64,000 bases of DNA. It comes from an uncultured Planctomycetia bacterium (GTDB lineage: Bacteria > Omnitrophota > Gorgyraeia > JABMRG01). Numbering within the stretch: position 1 is the first letter of the stretch; every line of letters begins with the position of its first letter. Both the position numbers and the translations under genes were made by a program. A model generated the notes under the pieces. That model was not told the origin of the DNA and did not search any database. It was given only the letters and a program-made list of their open reading frames with translations. Location: the NCBI GenBank assembly GCA_964634945.1, contig CAZWMG010000002.1:102661-166660 (forward strand). Direction: 5' to 3'. This document shows positions 42,501 through 45,500 of this stretch, one piece after another.

Positions 42501-45500
42501 AAAATGCCTGGAAGCATTAAATGCAGCGGAACAAAAAGATAAAGTTAGCCTATTCCATTTGAAGCAGCTTGAAAAAGAATCTGATATGCCAAATATTTTG
42601 AAGATAAATCCAGGTACAGAAGAAAATAAGAAGCTTATAATAGATGGCTGGAGAATAAGAAGGCATCTGGTGGAGATGCTTGGTAAGGCAGGCTATGCTC
42701 AGGATACAGGGATTAATCTTGCAGAACAGGCAGAAAGAATAGGCCAGGATAAAAGCCTAAGCGGTAAGGTATTATTCTATTTCATGCAGAATAAGTATAA
42801 TATGGGCACCGGAGGTGAACCGTATAATTTGAAAACCATAGGGCTTGCTGATGGAAATGATTTAGGCCAGAGAGAACTTCTGGCATTGTTGGTGGAATAT
42901 TTCTTAGGTAACGCAAACAAGGATACGGAACTTATAGATCCCCCTAAAGCGGCATATGTATTATATGACTGGACGCCGTTTGGTTTTAAATCCGCTGCTA
43001 TGAACGCTATTGATATGGTTCCCGAGCACTCATCAGATATAGGTTCTATGGTTGTTATGGACAGGGATGCCACGGTCCATGATCTGGATAGTTATATATA
43101 TGATTTAAAACGAATACGCCGTGATGAAGAGATCGCGATAATAGTGCCTGGCAGGGGAACTACCAACACGCTTACTACAATAGGCAAGGCTTCACAGCTT
43201 ATAGAGGAAGGCCATAGATCGTATTTAAGCGGTGTAATGGGGCTTTTAGGCGGAACTCAGGGCGAGTTCGTTGGTACAGGATGGGGCAACATGTTAAGAG
43301 TTACCATGGCAGAGTCTCTCGAAGCGCTAGGTGCTCCGGATTACCCAACACCTTCCATTACCAAGGCGTTACGAAAAAAACATAAAGGATTCTTTGATAG
43401 GTTATTTGCCAATAGTTTTGGCCTTAGAGGGTATGTACCGAATGCGGTTGGTATAAGCGAAGATATTTGGGCTGTTGTTCAGGCCGGTGAAACGCAGATC
43501 GGACTTGGTAGAATTCCGAAGATGCTCGTATCCAAAGCCTTTTGGCACAAGATACGAGAGACCTTTACTCACGCGGAATGGTTTACAGCCTTTCCAAGGT
43601 GGTCAGGCGGCCTTATGCAGATGAACAATGATATTATTATGCAAAGAGCAACATTCTTTGGTCCGTTTAGTGTCTTTGCAAAAGAGGTGAGGCAATTAGG
43701 GGGCGATTTCTTCACTAGTTCACCTTTCGCGCTTCTTAATATATTGATAATGACCGTTGCGGTATGGGGAGGATTCAGCCCGTTTTATGGTATCCTGCTT
43801 GGTTTTTGGCTTGTAGGGTTTGTGTTTACTAATATATTAATGGTTCATGGGCTCATAGCTTATCTTGAAGGAAGCGGCTTTAATACCATAACAGCATTAG
43901 CCTCAGGTCTTATAGTTGGGGCTTTAATGCCATGGAACCTGCCTCTTATCGCAATAGGTTTTGTTCTTGGAGGATTCATCGTAGGCGGTAGTAAGTGGTT
44001 ATTAAGCAGGCCAAGGGATATGATATTATTTCCTTTACAGCTTGTTATACACGCCTTTGCGCAGATTAAAAACGCCTCTTTGATATCTGTTAAGGCCGCA
44101 AGAAAGCTGGAATCTATGGCAAGTAGGGTCAATGATAACGCAGGTGCATGGGTAAAAGATGCTTCAGAAAGAATGTCTCTCAAGTTTGGCTTATCAGGAG
44201 CAGCATTACCTGTTTCTAGCATAATAGATATACCTGCGGTTAAGAGTGATACCAAGAAAAACTTTATAAGCATGCGCAACATAGCATTTTTAGGAGCCGG
44301 GTCTGTTTTGATAAGCATGGTTGCAGTATACGCGCTTAATATCCAAAATGTTGTAATGCTTTTGGCGGGATTGATATTTAGTGTAGGTATTCTTGAAGGG
44401 CCAAATTATACAAATTTAAAAGAAGGTGGTTATTGGATACGGAATGAATATATGCGGAGAATAGTTGTTTTTGCGCTTAATATTATGCCAAAGGTAGCAG
44501 GAGCAACAGTTGCCGTAACAACGCTTGTGTGTTTACATTTCGCCAGAATTATGCTCCTAACCAATCCATTGGCCGCAGCTATACTCTTTTCTTCAGCTAT
44601 CGCTATAGCAGGCATTGTATATGGCGTATGGAGAAGTACAGATCATTATAAGGTAATAGCTCTACATAAAGCTATCTTGAAAAAGGCTAAGGATAATAAG
44701 AGTATTTTAGAAAGTATGCATCTAAAATATGGCTCAAATGTAGAGTTTAATGACATGACTAACCTGGTAAAGAATAATTACAGGGATATGCTATATGATA
44801 TTGTAACAAGCAAAGAGTATAAAGGCCCAGAAGCATTTGTGAACCACTTAAAAGACTTAAAAGACTTAAAAGACTCAAAAGACTCAAAAGACTCAAGAGG
44901 CTCAAAAGACTCAAAAGACTCAAAAGACTTAAAAGCCTCAAAAGAGAAAGACTTAAGAAAAATAATTATAAGTAAAAGCTTGAAAAAATTAGATACAAAT
45001 TTACTGATTAAGAGAGAGATAAGAACCAGGCTTGTTTCAGAGTTTATCCGCTCGTATAGGCTTAATCTACTTTTGTTCGTATGGATATTTCTCCCAAGTT
45101 TACCGGCGAATATTAATTACTTTCTGCATTCAGGAGGAGACCGTATAATAGAAACAGCATCAGAGTTTTTCAAGCCATTTGTCTTGCCTCTGCAGGTAAT
45201 GTTTTATTATATATTAGCAGGGCAGATTGTTGGTTCTGTGCAGCTTGCATATTGGAAAAACAGGACAGTTAAGATTACAAGGGGTATCGACAGGTTACCG
45301 TTAACAGGCAATAGACAAAAAGCAGAGGCATTATTGTCTTTACTTAAGATATATCTGGAGCAGAGGAGTTATGGTTATGTAAAGAAGACATACAATGATA
45401 TTAAGCTTGTTTTGGGTGCAACGCTTGATTCGTCTCCGATAGAGAGTACACAGGACGATTCTCCATCGCAATCGCTATCACAAACAGCTACTGGTTTTGA

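Noticed and set aside
44759-44941. Minus-strand (LLS)n ORF as a membrane peptide
   Set aside because: It is the antisense reading of the KDS/KDL microsatellite.
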